From Eledone cirrhosa (Eukaryota): 64,000 nucleotides of DNA. How positions within the stretch are numbered: position 1 is the first letter of the stretch; each line of letters opens with the position of its first letter. The stretch covers positions 133,176,001 through 133,240,000 of the forward strand of contig OZ024741.1 of the NCBI GenBank assembly GCA_964016885.1, given 5' to 3'. Position numbers and translations under genes: made by a program. Below, piece by piece: positions 23,268 through 36,304 of this stretch. A model generated the notes under the pieces. That model saw only the letters and a program-made list of their open reading frames with translations. It was not told the DNA's origin and ran no database searches.

Positions 23268-23580
23268 ACACTAGGGAGGTTGTCATGTTTATGGCACAGC
23301 TAAGGTAAATTACATATGTATGTTGTATAAATCACCAACACTAGAGAGGTTATTGTGTCGTTGGCACAGATGAGGTAGTAAATCCCCAACACTATGGAGG
23401 TTGTCATGTTTATGGCACAGCTAAGGTAAATTACATATGTATGTCATATAAATCACCAACACTAGGGAGGTCATTGTGTCTTAAGCACAGAGGAGGTAGT
23501 AAATCAGCAACACTAGGGAGGTTGTCATGTCTATAGCACAGCTGAAGGTATGTATAATATATGTATGTCATGTAAATCAA
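23268..23580. repeat. Minisatellite, ~120-bp unit built from two related subunits (~2.5 copies)
   Basis: Recurrent aacactagggaggttgtcatgt..ggcacag. Confidence 0.8.
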
Positions 23581-24104
23581 GTTGTCTAGTCAATTGTTCC
23601 TCTCAATATACCAGCAAAATTTGGAGTCTGCATGCATGACATAATTTCACATAATCAACATTTTAGTCCACTTGAACTATGTGTCTTTCTGATGAGGATG
23701 ACATTGTATGTATAATAACTTGCATAGGTTGTATAGCATAAGTGGTATAGCTGACTTGGCTTTTGATGTGAAATGGCCTTTATCCACTGGAAATTATTGT
23801 GGCTTAGCATTTAGATTAGTTTTCACTTGATCTTCTTTAATTCCAAATTGCTATGGTAGGCCTGAGTTAGGTTTGTTAATATATAATTCAATACTTTGTC
23901 TCTTCCAATAAGAAATTGCATTTTTAGATTAGGTGTCTGGATTAGATTAGAATGAACAGAAAATGGTTATGGAGAAACAAAAATAGACAAAACCAATAAT
24001 TTGTTTCTGACCTAAATTGTAAAGTTGTACAAATTGTAAAGTTGATGGATTTATTCAGCAATAGGGAAAGTAGGGAAAAAAATATTAAAAGATATTTATC
24101 CACA

Positions 24105-24240
24105 CATTTTATGTTCAAATCCCACTGAGGTTAACTTTGTCGTTCGTCCTTCTCGGTTCAATAAAATAAAGTACCGGTTGATAAAATCAAGTTCCACCCA
24201 ACCTCCAAATTGCTGGCCTTGTGCCTAAATTAGAAACCAT
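24105..24240 (+). mobile_element. SINE fragment (family of 53032-53216)
   Basis: gttcaaatccc..gaggttaactttg..aataaaataaagtacc..ttgctggccttgtgcc. Confidence 0.75.
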
Positions 24241-24574
24241 TTGCAAATATTACTAGCATGAACCCTTTAGCATTCACATTACTCTATATATACTATTATA
24301 TTTTCATGGTAAAGGCTTTACATTACATAATTATCTCACATAATATCGAATCTATGAGATTTTGAAAGTATTTATTTTGAGAACAATACCTTAACATCAG
24401 TTTAAGCGACCAGTTACAGCTAGTTTCAACAGAAAGAGGTAGAGAATTCTGACCGGTTTTGGCCGGTTAAATGTTTATACATTTTAAATTGCTGTAACTT
24501 TGTGAAAATAGAGCAAACTAAGACATTTTAAAAGATAGCTTCGTTGAAATATAAAGAATAATGAAAACGCTAAA

Positions 24575-24870
24575 GGAGTATGGTATGGTAGTGACATACA
24601 ACATTTCTTAGGCATTTTAAGCCTGGTGAAGCCCATCCTTCTCCAGGTCTAAACACTGTAGATTTCTTCTAGAGAAGGATACAAAGTGAGAGAGAGGAAG
24701 TGAGAACAAGATATAGAAGAAGAATCAACTCCAGTACTAGACTAGTACTTTTTTTATTGACTCAAAAGGATAAAAGGCAAAGTTGTCCTCAGTGAGATTT
24801 GAACTGAGAGTCAGAATGACTGCTGCCAAGCATTCTATCTGGCATACTAACGATTCTGCCAATTCCCTGT
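24575..24870 (-). mobile_element. SINE, long-tail variant
   Basis: Reverse complement matches 27300-27610. Confidence 0.7.
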
Positions 24871-25599
24871 AAAAAGTAGCAGAAAGGGATGAATTATTTG
24901 AAAATTATCATCTAACTCCCACTGTTGTTACATGTGCAAGTGATGACATTTCAAAATATATTGAAAAATCTGATCTTCTAAGACTGAAGGACACAAGAAT
25001 TGTACTTTAAAGAAAAACAAGCAAAAAATATCCTTGGCTAATAGTTTTTTTTTTTTTTTTTAAACTATAGCATGGAGCACACATAGCAAATGAAGTTTCT
25101 TTGAATTTGAACAAACATCAGAAATTAATTTGTCTAGTGAGAGGTATTGGAATGAGTGATGACAAGGCTAAATGGTTAACAAGTTTAAGAACCAAGATTT
25201 TTTTTTAAGCACAAAAACAGTGAAGCCTATTGCTGATACAGATAAAAAATAAAGTACTGGAAAATATAGTGTCACTGAAAGGTAACAAACTGGCCTGTTT
25301 TTTCACACAGGGTCATGTTGAATCTCCCTGGGAATTATGTTAAGAGTACATGTGTCAGTGGAATGTTCAACTACTTACATGTTAATTTCTGGAGCAAGAT
25401 GTTCTGTTGATCAAACAACCGGAACACTTGTCAAAACCGATGAAGTCCATTCCATACACACACATGTAAATGTATACATGTGTGTGTGTACATAAGTGGC
25501 TCAAATCAAGGAGGACTGCTATTGTTAACATTCGAACTATTTGAATAAATTCCAGTAAATATTGTTTTCACCAATAATTGAAACTGCACAATGAATTTC

Positions 25600-26010
25600 T
25601 TCTTCTTCCCATCAGAAGCAGGTCCTGTCAGAAGCAACCATGTTCTATTGATACTGCTGAGACCAGATGAGCTCATAGATATTATCCAAGCATCTTGATT
25701 GGGGTCTACCCCTGGGCCTCCTGCCAGTTAACTTTGCTTGTTAAATATGTCCAGCAACTCTTTTTTTAGATGTTCTACTCACATGTACGTAATATCGGAA
25801 CTGTGATCTCTCAATTCAGAAAAGTGGCAGCTCTACCTGAAGCAACTCTTTTATCTACGAGTTATGCACTCTATCAAAGAATGTTACTAATTCCAAAGAA
25901 CCTTTGAATGAACCCCATTTCAGTCACTTGTATTTATGATCGTATTCTTTCAGTCATTACCCAATATTCATGATCATAGGTAAGGGTTGGCACGAATACC
26001 GAACTGAAAC
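25600..26010 (-). mobile_element. Rex3/Expander-like RTE 3' fragment
   Basis: PTLTYDHEYWVMTERIRS and TGRRPRGRP motifs. Confidence 0.7.
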
Positions 26011-26169
26011 AGCACAATTCATTTATTGCTGAACAGAAATATACAATGATGGAAGTAGATTCTCTTTTACAGATTAAAATAATAAACAAGAGGAGAGAGA
26101 AAAAGAGAGAATTTAAAAAAAGGGAGGTGGGTAAATAGTGAAAACAAGGGAATGGAGAAGGAGGTGTGC

Positions 26170-27140
26170 TCCTTAAACAGCTAATGATATCCACAGCATC
26201 AGCAATTCTACCCCAAGGGTATCTTCCAACCCTCTGTGTTAAGGGTAGTGGTGACTTGGTCATTCGGGAACAAAGTCCAGAAAAAGTCATAGTCACCTTG
26301 ACCGCTGGGGCAAATGCCTCCTCTCAGTTGTCCTCTAATCTACACACGCAGACTCAGAGTAGGCTGATTTACTTGGACCATGCTCGCCACTCACACCCAC
26401 CTTTCAATGAATTGGTTGGAAGGCAGCACTTCCCTCTCCACCAACTTTCCTTTTCAAGTGAAACCTAAAAATGTTAATCAGGACTTTGCTGAAGAGGGAA
26501 GTGCCTGTCCTAAACCCTTTCAAGCGCATCCACTATGCATCCACCACACAAGCTTTCACCATAGCCAACAAGCAGAGGAAAACTGCCTGCTATTCCCAAC
26601 TAAAGGAAGATGGCAGGGCTATCTTTGTGATAGCTGAATAGCTGAATCTGTCCTACATGCGATAACTGCTGTTTGATATAAACCTACAAATCAGCCATGT
26701 TCGAACACTGGACGGTTTTGCCACCCTGTATGCGTCTCGAACAGGCTTGACTGACAACACTTCCATGTCTGTAGAGCTTATCTCAAACTGGCAAAACCCG
26801 CCGGTAGCACTGCCAAGCCAGAGATTTCTGGATGTTATCCATTGGCTCTTGGCAGAAATTTCTCTGGAAGAGAGCGACTAGTTGATCATCTTTGATGCCC
26901 AGAGTTTCCCCAAGAACAATCAGGACCCCACCTTTGCCAGATTCCTTACTTACCCCCTCTATGATGTATCACATGAGGTAGAGGTTGTTGTGGATGGATC
27001 TTTTTGGGATGGTGCACATCTTTGATACTACATTGGCCAAAATTTTGAACTTTGCATTTAGCAGAGTTATGGGTTTAAAGTTGTCTATGTGATCCCCCTT
27101 ATTCAGGTCCTTTCTCAGCATGTATCATAGCTCTGACAAT
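26170..27140 (-). mobile_element. Degraded L1/Tx1-like RT fragment
   Basis: Minus-strand LRKDLNKGDHIDNFKPITLLNAKFKILAN resembles the L1/Tx1 RT domain-1 region (RPISLLN.D.KIL). Confidence 0.6.
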
Positions 27141-27299
27141 GCAGCCTCCATGTTTTACATTAAAGAATTGGTTGAATGCCAATCTCTACACGAGTATGTC
27201 AGTCATGATACCTTTCCTAAATACCTCTTCTAGCTTCCTGACCTGCTCTCCCTTTAGTCTTGTTCTCTCTGTCACTACTCCATTACTGAAGGCGAGGTC

Positions 27300-27610
27300 C
27301 TTAGAATGTCAGATAGAATACTTTGCCATATTTGTTCTGGTTCTTTGCGCTCTCAATTCAACTTTGCCTTTCATCCTTTTGAGGTCGATAAAAAAAAAAG
27401 TACCAGTCTAGTACTGTGGTCGATTTTTCCTTTATGACTCTTTCTCACTTCCTCTCTCTTACTTTCTATCTTTCTCTGGAAGAAATCTGTTGTGTTCAGA
27501 CCTAGAGAGGGATGGGCTTCACAAGGCTTAAAATGCCCCAAAAATGCCATATGCGACTATAGCACCACCATGACACCATCAGAAGTTACAGGATCACACC
27601 ATACTCCATT
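27300..27610 (+). mobile_element. SINE, long-tail variant
   Basis: actttgcctttcatcctttgaggtcgataaa..gtaccag central motif. Confidence 0.7.
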
Positions 27611-27984
27611 ACTTAACCTTATCAATTCTACTTTAATCATGTTTTTAAAGATGAACCACCATTTGTTCTTGACATCAATGCCGGCTTAACTAATTCACTA
27701 ATCTGGAAAGTTTCTGAGTTATTTCAGTATCAGTTTCACGTAGGTGTTTTGTTCAATTTATAAGGTTTGTATGTGTGAGCAGGCAGTGTAATTTTTATTA
27801 ATTATTTTTGTGGTGGGTGGGGAAGGGCTAGTTGTTTTCTGTAATATCGGTGTTGTGATGTGTGTAGTGTATTAGTGCATTAGTTTTTTGTTGTTAGTAT
27901 TTGTACTTGTAATTTATGATACCATAAATCCATCAAAACAAAAGAATCTTCATAGGTGCCCCAGTCATTAATTCATTATATGTC

Positions 27985-28140
27985 CCTTTACATTCTGAGT
28001 TCAAATCCCGCCGAGGTTGGCTTTGCCTTTCATCATTATGGGGTCAATAAAATAAAGCATCAGTAAAGCACTGGGGTCAATTTAATTGACTTTCCTCTTC
28101 CTTCAAAATTGTTGGCCTTGTGACTAAATCAGAAACCATT
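27985..28140 (+). mobile_element. SINE fragment
   Basis: gagttcaaatcccgccgaggtt..ctttgcctttcatc. Confidence 0.75.
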
Positions 28141-28586
28141 ATTTATTTATATGACCCTAAGGTTTTGAAGGCAGTACACTGCTGATATTACCAGAAAGGA
28201 ATAAGTCTTCAGATTTTATCTAAAGCCAACATAGATGGTACAGTTTGTATTTTCAATGTAGAAAATGTTCGGTTCTATAAACTACAAGTAAAAAGAACTT
28301 ATAGCAATAATTTCATTTCTAAATCAATAGATAAATGTGTGTAATATATAATACCTGATGTGTTTGGGATCTGATGTCACATTTGACAAAATATATAGAA
28401 AGAGAAGGGGGGGGGGGGAGAAGTGGTGGTGGTGGAGGGGGTTCAGAGAGAAAGAGAGAGAAAGAAAAAGAGAGATAGAAAGAGAGAGTGAGAGAGAGAT
28501 AAAGAAAGAGAGAGAATAAAGTTGCATGCAAAGTATGAAAGCTATAATTACGTACGCGCTAGTACACACACATACTCACACATACA

Positions 28587-28640
<54 letters not shown>

Positions 28641-29451
28641 GCAACAATCATTTATATGTAGATACAAACAAACACATATATATATATACACACACGAACA
28701 TTTAAATGCGCGTACACACATGCGTTAGTAATTATTGTCTGCTCAGACAATCGCGAATGCTTACAGGAATTGTGCAAAGCCTAGGTTTTCATTTTACGAT
28801 TTCTTCATTGTTTTATTGTATAGTTGTGAATGAAATCGTTGGTCCTTCTTAGTCTGGTTTCATATTTTTTTTTGCTTTTGTTTTCTTGTTCAAGATATTT
28901 TGTTAGTCGAACGGCTAAATAACATTCCAATAATGATCAAAGGGAAATAATTCATGATGGCTTCTCTGTAATGTTTTAAGATTTACTTCCCTTTAACTGT
29001 TAATTCTTTTTTTTTTTTGGAATCTTCTGAGAAAGGTTTCTTTGGAATCTTCTGAGAAAGGTTATGGATGATCATTCATAGCGGCCATTATCCAGAAACG
29101 GGGATGGCAGACTCTTTTCATTGAAATACTACTGGAACTGTCCTAGGACTGTTACATTGATTGAATTGGAAGACATTTTTTTGGTTTTATTACGTGGTAT
29201 AATAAACAAAAAGTACTAAAAAGGAAGTTTAAAAATTAAGGAAAAATGTTTTGAGACACAAGCGTTAGAGCCTCCCTCTAATACTTTTTTAGGCGGAGAA
29301 AAAACACTCGCAATATTAGTGCGGGTGATAATGAGGCTAAGACGCTGAAACCCAGCACCTTCATAAGCATCACTGGATACCTAGATAAGTCATCAACAAT
29401 GACAAGGACCTCATGTGAGTGTGTGCATGCATGTGTGTTTGTGTGTGTGTG

Positions 29452-32095
29452 TCATCATCATCATCATCATCGTTTAACGTCCATGTTCCACGCTTGCATG
29501 GGTTTGGACGGGAGTTTTCCCACTTGAGGCAAGAGTGGTTGTCTTGCTCGCATAGGACTGTCTGGCGGGTTTTCTACAGCTGGATGCCCTTCCTAACACC
29601 AACCACATTTACAGTGTGGGGCTGGGAGGTTTTTACCGTGTTGCCTACACGGCCACATTACAGCGTGGTCTGTCTGGCGGGTTTTCTACAGCTGGATGCC
29701 CTTCCTAACACCAACCACATTTACAGTGTGGGGCTGGGAGGTTTTTACTGTGTTGCCTACACGGCCACATTACAGCGTGGACTGTGTGTTTTTTTGTCGT
29801 GACACCTACACGATCTCATTTGTTTCGGCCTGGATGTTGTAGCACCAACATAACTTTACATTGAAAGGGGCGGTGTGGATAGGGTGGGGGTGGTGGGACG
29901 GGGGGGGTGTTTTGTTAGAGATGCCTACTGACTGTAGTAGGTTTTACTTTGTATTTCAGGTAAGGTGGGTCTTCTCTATTACTGAGTATCTCCAAAGATC
30001 TCGGTCCAGTGACATTGTCTTGGAGAGGTGTAAGTGTGTGAGGTCGGAATTTATCAGGTCGTCCCAGGTTTTTCTGAGTCTGCCTACTCCGTGGCTACCG
30101 TCTATCTTTATTGCCCCGCACTTTTTTATACAGCGGTCGTCTTTCATGCGCATCACGTGACCATACCAACGTAGCCTTCTCTCGACTAAACAACATCTGA
30201 TCCCTCTTATTTCTAATTTGTTCCTTAGTTCGTTTATGCTTTGCCGTTCGCGTATATTACTATTACACATCCAGTGGAGCATGCAAGCTTCGTTCCTCTC
30301 TAGTCTGCGTATATCCTCTGCACACAATGCCCAGGTCTCACTGCCATGCAACATTGCTGTTCGTATGCAGGCATCATACAGCCTGCCTTTCATTTTTAGG
30401 GAGAACCCTTTAGCGGCTAATAGTAGTATAAGCTCTCTGAACTTTTTCCATCCAGTTCTGACTTTAGCTACTGTACTTTCAGAGCACCCACCCCCACTGC
30501 TGATTTTGTCACCCAGGTAACGGAAGCTGTCCACTATTTCTATAGAACCCTCTGCGCAATTGAAAGAGCTAGTATTTTGTGGGCACTTCCTGCTACTTAT
30601 TGCACCAGAGCACCGGCCACATGTAAAATCTATGTTCTTAGTTAGCTTACCTGTGATCCCACTACATCTTTTATGCACCCATACTTTGCATTTGGGACAT
30701 AAAATGGAGTTTCTACCTACGCCTTTCCTACACACCGAGCATGGCCATTTCCCGGAAGGGACCGGCGCCTTATTTTCTTTCCTACAAACTAGAACTTTAG
30801 TCTTAGCCAGGTTAATTTTAAGGACTTTTGATTCTAGGACGTGCTTCCATGTTTGGAATTTCTTCTCTAGCTCAGCCATTGATTCAGCTATGAGCGTTAG
30901 ATCATCTGCGTATAGGAGTTCCCATGGGCAGCCGGTCTTGAACTACACTGTTATAGCCTGTAGGGCAATAATAAATAGTAGGGGGCTAAGAACAGAGCCC
31001 TGATGAACAGCAACTTTTACGCTAAACTCTTCACTATATTCGTTGTTAATTCTAACCTTGCTGACTGTTTCTTTATACATGGCTTGTATAGCTCTCACAA
31101 GCCATTCATCAACACCTAGTTTTCTAAGAGCCCACCAGATAATGGAACGGGGGACTCTGTCGAACGCTTTCTCCAAGTCGACAAAGGCTAAGTATAGGGG
31201 TTTACTTTTAGCTAGGTACTTCTCCAGTAGTTGTCGTACAATGAAAAGAGCGTCTGTGGTACTTTTGCCTGACACAAACCCGAACTGCATTTCAACTAGA
31301 TCAATTCTCTCTCTGATTAGTTGCGCTATTACTTTTTCCGTGACCTTCATGACCTGGTCGATTAATTTAATGCCTCTATAGTTACTCCTATCTAGGGCGT
31401 CTCCTTTACCCTTGTAACAGTTAATGATGATGCTGCTACGCCAGTCCTTCGGAACAACCCCATTCTGTATGACTTGGTTTACTATCCGGGTGACCATAGT
31501 GTGTCCCACCGTTCCAGAGGCTTTCAGCATCTCAGCAACTATTTCCGAAGGCCCAGCCGCCTTACCCGTCTTCATATCTTTGATTGCCTTACTTATTTTA
31601 CTACCTTCAACTAACACTGCTGGTCCCTCTATTGGATCGATCTGGGGGAGACTATCCTTCTCCCATTTATTCTCCTCATTTAGTAGCCTTTCGTAGTGAC
31701 ACTTCCAAGCTACCTTCTTATCAGCGTCAGTGATGGCAAGTACGCCATCATCATTTAGTACACACTTCTCCCCGACAATATCACGGTTTTCCTTGACACA
31801 TTGCCTAGCAATCCTGAACACCTCACGTTTTTGGCCCTCGCGTTGTAGAACATGCTTGAACTTTCTTTCCTCTGCTTCCCTTCTTGCGAAGTACACTTGT
31901 CTCCTAGCTTCCCTCCTGGCCACTTGATAGTCTTCTCTACTTCCCCCATCCCGCCATACTTTCCAAGCCTGCTTTTTGGCCTTAATCGACTCCTCCACCT
32001 TACTGTTCCACCACCATGTTATTCTCCTCCTGCCTATAGGCCTGCTCCAGCCACAGACTTCGTCTGCCGCCATCAGCAGGTTTGCTTTCAGGAAT
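29452..32095 (-). mobile_element. 5'-truncated PHD-RTE LINE with duplicated 3'UTR module
   Basis: ORFs 30943-32073 and 29956-30879 are in frame and split by a single stop; YADD, FVDLEKAFDRV; (CAT)n tail. Confidence 0.96.
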
Positions 32096-33020
32096 GTGTG
32101 TGTGCATCTGTGTGTGAGGGGGAGTGTGTGCGTGTATGTGTGGGCGTGGGGAGGGGGGCACGAAGTTTTGTAAGACTAGAGAGCAGTGGAAATATTTGTA
32201 TATGAGATTAAATATTTAATAGTATCCAATTTCATAAATCTGTGCTCCATTTTCGAAATCCTGCTAAGGTCAACTTTGTCTTTCATTCTATTTGAGAATG
32301 AAATATGCAGCCAACCAAAGATTTCTGTTTTTATAGCTTAATCAAAGTAAATGGGGCAATGCCCGAGGCCTTTACAGTGCCTCCAAGTCTTTGCAGTGTC
32401 CATCACCTTTGCAGTGTCTCCAAGTCTCATAAAAATTGGGGAGAAACCACAACTCACAAGTTGTTGTATAGCCCAGATTAATCCCCAGCAAGTAATGCTA
32501 AGATAAAAAATATTTCATTGATGACACTTCTACCTTTTATGTGACACAACTAAACCATATTATCTACATGTGTGTATGTGCTTTTAGTAAACACACATTT
32601 AACTAAGACATTTCATCCATAACTGTTCTACCCTTTTCCTGGCACAATTAGGACTTCATTACCTCAATGTGTAGGCTTTTTGTAAATTAGGGTAGTACTC
32701 TATGCATGGAAAGAAGCTAAGTGGATATAAAAGGTGTAAACCCGACCACAACACCTAGCAATTTCAGCTTGTATATGGCAAGGATGAGGAGGAGGGTTGT
32801 ACATATGGTTTTGTGATTTGAGGAAATTTGTGTTACAGTTCTGTGACAAAATAGGTTTCAAAAGCAATGCAGTAAGAAATCAACCCCTTTCATTCAAAAC
32901 CACCTGAAAGCATCCCTGCTTCTACAATACAAAACTGTTTATTTCAAAGTGTTTATATAATTTTATGTAATAACCTTTATGTTTCAAACACCAGTTTATA
33001 TGAGAAAGTTAGTTATATTA

Positions 33021-33286
33021 TGAAGACACATGGCGTAGTGGTTAGAGAATTGGATTCACAATTGTGAGGTTGCAAGTTCGATTCCTGAACTGGGCAATGT
33101 GTTATGTCCTTGAGCAAGACACTTTATTTCACTTTTCTCCTTCTGCCTGGAGTTGTAATCAGTAGATAGTATCAACAATGGAAAGACCAATGAAAAACAT
33201 TGTTTCCTTGGTCCGATTTGACAAATTCCACCCTATTCACTAAGTGAATAAGGTCTGGAATCTTGACAATTGATAAAAAAAAAAAA
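33021..33286 (+). mobile_element. CORE-like SINE with poly(A) tail and 10-bp TSD
   Basis: A/B boxes; ccttgagcaagacactt; TSD agttatatta at 33011-33020 and 33287-33296. Confidence 0.7.
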
Positions 33287-33671
33287 AGTTATATTACTAA
33301 ATCCCTCCAGATTTTGATTATTTTCAACATTATTTGATAATCAAAGACAATCGTTTTTCATTAGAAATATTCTAACAAAATTGTTAATGCAGATACTGGA
33401 GTCAAATTAGAAAATGTGCTGAATTCATTAGAGTTGAGATTAGAGCTGAATTCATTAGAGTTTTCAAGACACTAACATTATATAGATGTAGATGATGTAC
33501 TAAGCAAGATTTATATCAGCATATAAAACTTTGAAAAATCAGGGCAAGGCTGGTATGTTTTTATAAGTGAGTCTGAAATGACTGTTATATAAAAATGTTC
33601 CTATTATGAGAATAACTATGAGTTATTCATATAAAACCAATATAACTATAGGTTATTCATATAGAAAATGT

Positions 33672-33920
33672 GGAGGTATATGGCATAGTGGTAACAGTGT
33701 TGGACTCACAATCATAATGTCATGGGTTTGATTCCTGGATTGAGCAAAATACTTCATTTCAGCGTTGATCCAGTATACTCAGTTGGAAAGGAGTACAAGC
33801 AGTAGCTGGTGGCATTTAACCCTGTGATGGACTGACATCCTATCTAGGAGGAAGTATTGTACTCTCAATCACTTAATGCCATGGAAACTGGGATAAACAC
33901 CAGTCTAATGAGCCTTTGCA
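33672..33920 (+). mobile_element. tRNA-derived SINE (different tail)
   Basis: tggcatagtgg A box, ttgagcaaaatactt, cctgtgatggactgacatcc. Confidence 0.65.
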
Positions 33921-33954
33921 CTTGAGACAGACTTTAGACTTAGATTCATATAGA

Positions 33955-34200
33955 AAAGGTGATGAATTGGCAATCATTAGAATGCTGGATAGAAAGTTTG
34001 TGGTATTCATTCTGGCTTTCTCGTCTCTGAGTTCAAAACACACTGAGGTCAATTTTGCCTTTCATCCTTTCAAGGTCAATAAAGAAAAGTACCAGTCCAG
34101 TACTGAGGGTCAATTTTTTCTCACTCTTTCTCTCTCTTCTTCTCTGGAAGAAATCAGCTGTGGAAATTCAGACATGGAGAGAGATGGGCTCTGCCAGGTG
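33955..34200 (+). mobile_element. SINE (long-tail variant)
   Basis: gagttcaaaac..gaggtcaattttgcctttcatcc..aagtaccag. Confidence 0.7.
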
Positions 34201-34770
34201 TAAAATATCCAAGACACTCTGTAAGTCATGACGGTGTTCTTCCAAATGCATCAGGAGTTACAAGTCCATACATGGGTACAAACATACATACATACATACA
34301 TACATACATACATACATACATACATACATACATACATACATACATACAAAATCAGTGATGAAGCAGTAATAGTGATATAAATTGAAAACCTTTGAAGTAA
34401 TTATGTTTACATGAATGTGTGTTTGTCTTAGGAAAAACTGTAAAAAAATAAAATTAAAAAAAAAAAGAAAGTGCAAAAACAAAAGGATAATACTTTTCAA
34501 ATTTATCTTTATATCATTCAATAAAGAAAAGATATAAATTACAACGAATTAGCGACTACATTCTTTCAATTTTTTGAAAACTCCACCTTCAAGAGGAAGT
34601 GAAGTAAAAAAAAAAATTTTTCATAATTACTTAATTATTTCTTATAAAATGAGATTGAATTTTTTATTTATTCATCTTTTTTTTTTCAGAGGAAAACTCA
34701 ACAATTTGTATTTTTAAGGGAGGACATTTGTTTTTTGTCTATACTATTAAACCATAATTATGAAAAAAAC

Positions 34771-35060
34771 ATGGCTTAGTGGTTAGAGGATTCAGCACAT
34801 GAGTTTGATTCCCAGGAGTATGTTTTGTCCTTAAGCAAGATAGTTTTGAATAACTAGAACACTTATCATTAGTGGTTAGGGAGTAGATTTCCATTTATGG
34901 GTTCGATTTTCAGGTGTGTGTTTTGTCCTTAAGCAAGATATTTTTGAACAACTGGAACACTTATTATTAGTGGTTAGGGAGGGATTCAACTTATGAGTTC
35001 GATTCTCTGGTGTGTGATTTGTCCTTGAGCAAGATACTTTTGAACAACTTCAACACTTAC
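34771..35060 (+). repeat. Tandem trimer of a SINE head (~95-bp unit)
   Basis: Three units of ttagtggttag..g(a/g)gtt(t/c)gatt..gtcctt(a/g)agcaagata..aacactta. Confidence 0.8.
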
Positions 35061-35526
35061 CATTGGCATTGGTGAAGATGCAATACATAGAGAACATAAT
35101 AGAATGAAGTGGAGTCACAGAATTGGAAAAACTTGGAGTACTTTGCTTTGTCCTTCTGCAGTCTGAATTCAAATCCTATTGGCGTTAACTCTGTCTTTTA
35201 CCCATGCATGAAAAGTCACATCTTATACGAGGTGACTGTGATATGACAGTGATATGACTATCATGAGATAGTCTAGTACAACAGGTCGAATCTAGAGGAG
35301 TAAGCCTCAATAAAAACCCTGCTTGTTTCATAGTAAGCAGTAGTTCATACAGCAACCATTGGTTTAATTAGATGACCTCTGTGGCATGAACTCCAGTGGT
35401 GTCACAGATGATCAACTATTAATTCAACAAGGAGGAGGATGTCAATTAAGTACAAGGAATACATTAACTGAATTAGCTTCAGTTAACTATAGTCGTTCCC
35501 CTACAAATATTTCGGTCACATACTAA

Positions 35527-35804
35527 CATGACTTTCGGAAACATTTTTTTACGCTCAGAGTTGCTGAAGCATGGAACAAACTACCTGCATCAGTTGTTAG
35601 CTGTCGAGACACTGCATTCTTTAAGGCCTCCATGCTTCCCGAGATCCGCCAACACTACAGCTAATGTTCCACCTCCATACACATACACACATGTATACCA
35701 TGACTCATACACTATTCACTTCCCTGACATTTGTGTATTATTCTATGTACTATACATACACCTTTGACGAGTTGTAGTGCACCTGAGCACTTTACACAAT
35801 AATT

Positions 35805-35834
<30 letters not shown>
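35527..35834 (+). mobile_element. CR1 3' fragment with (ATT)n tail
   Basis: Near-identical to 22779-22916, with a longer 3'UTR. Confidence 0.92.
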
Positions 35835-35835
<1 letters not shown>

Positions 35836-36304
35836 AAAAAATTCATTAGAGCAGGATAATGGTTTAAGTGTATATAATTCATTACTAATCCATTTAATTA
35901 GAACATAAGAGGGTTAAGTCTTTAATGAAATGGTAACCCTTATTAATAAAATATAAGAATAAATGAAATTTATGGGTTATCCAATGATATCTTACATGAT
36001 TTCATTTTAAGTATTCAGTTTCAAACATAGGTTAGATGAACTAATAATTTCCACACAGTTCCTAAGACTGTATTGCTTCCTTTGTCTGACAGAATTGGGC
36101 CAAGAATTCTATAATATTTTCTTTAACGTCAATATCAAGGGCCATTAAAAAGGGATAAATTTTTCTGGCCCTAAGAACTGCATTGGGAAAGAAAATATGG
36201 GGAAAGGAGTGAATCACCGACTTTGAATTAATGCAATGTCTGTCTGTCTGTATGTATGTATGTATGTATGTATGTATGTATGTATGTATGTATGTATGTA
36301 TTAT

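Noticed and set aside
23268-23580. Regularly spaced repeats resembling a CRISPR array
   Set aside because: The intervening sequences are themselves repeated (minisatellite); eukaryotic context with no cas genes
24870-25200. Short open stretch resembling a host exon or hAT transposase remnant
   Set aside because: Stops, no convincing splice-site pair and no recognisable domain
32735-32800. ggatgaggaggagggttg resembling the 3' end of a twister ribozyme
   Set aside because: The upstream twister core and pairing partners could not be found
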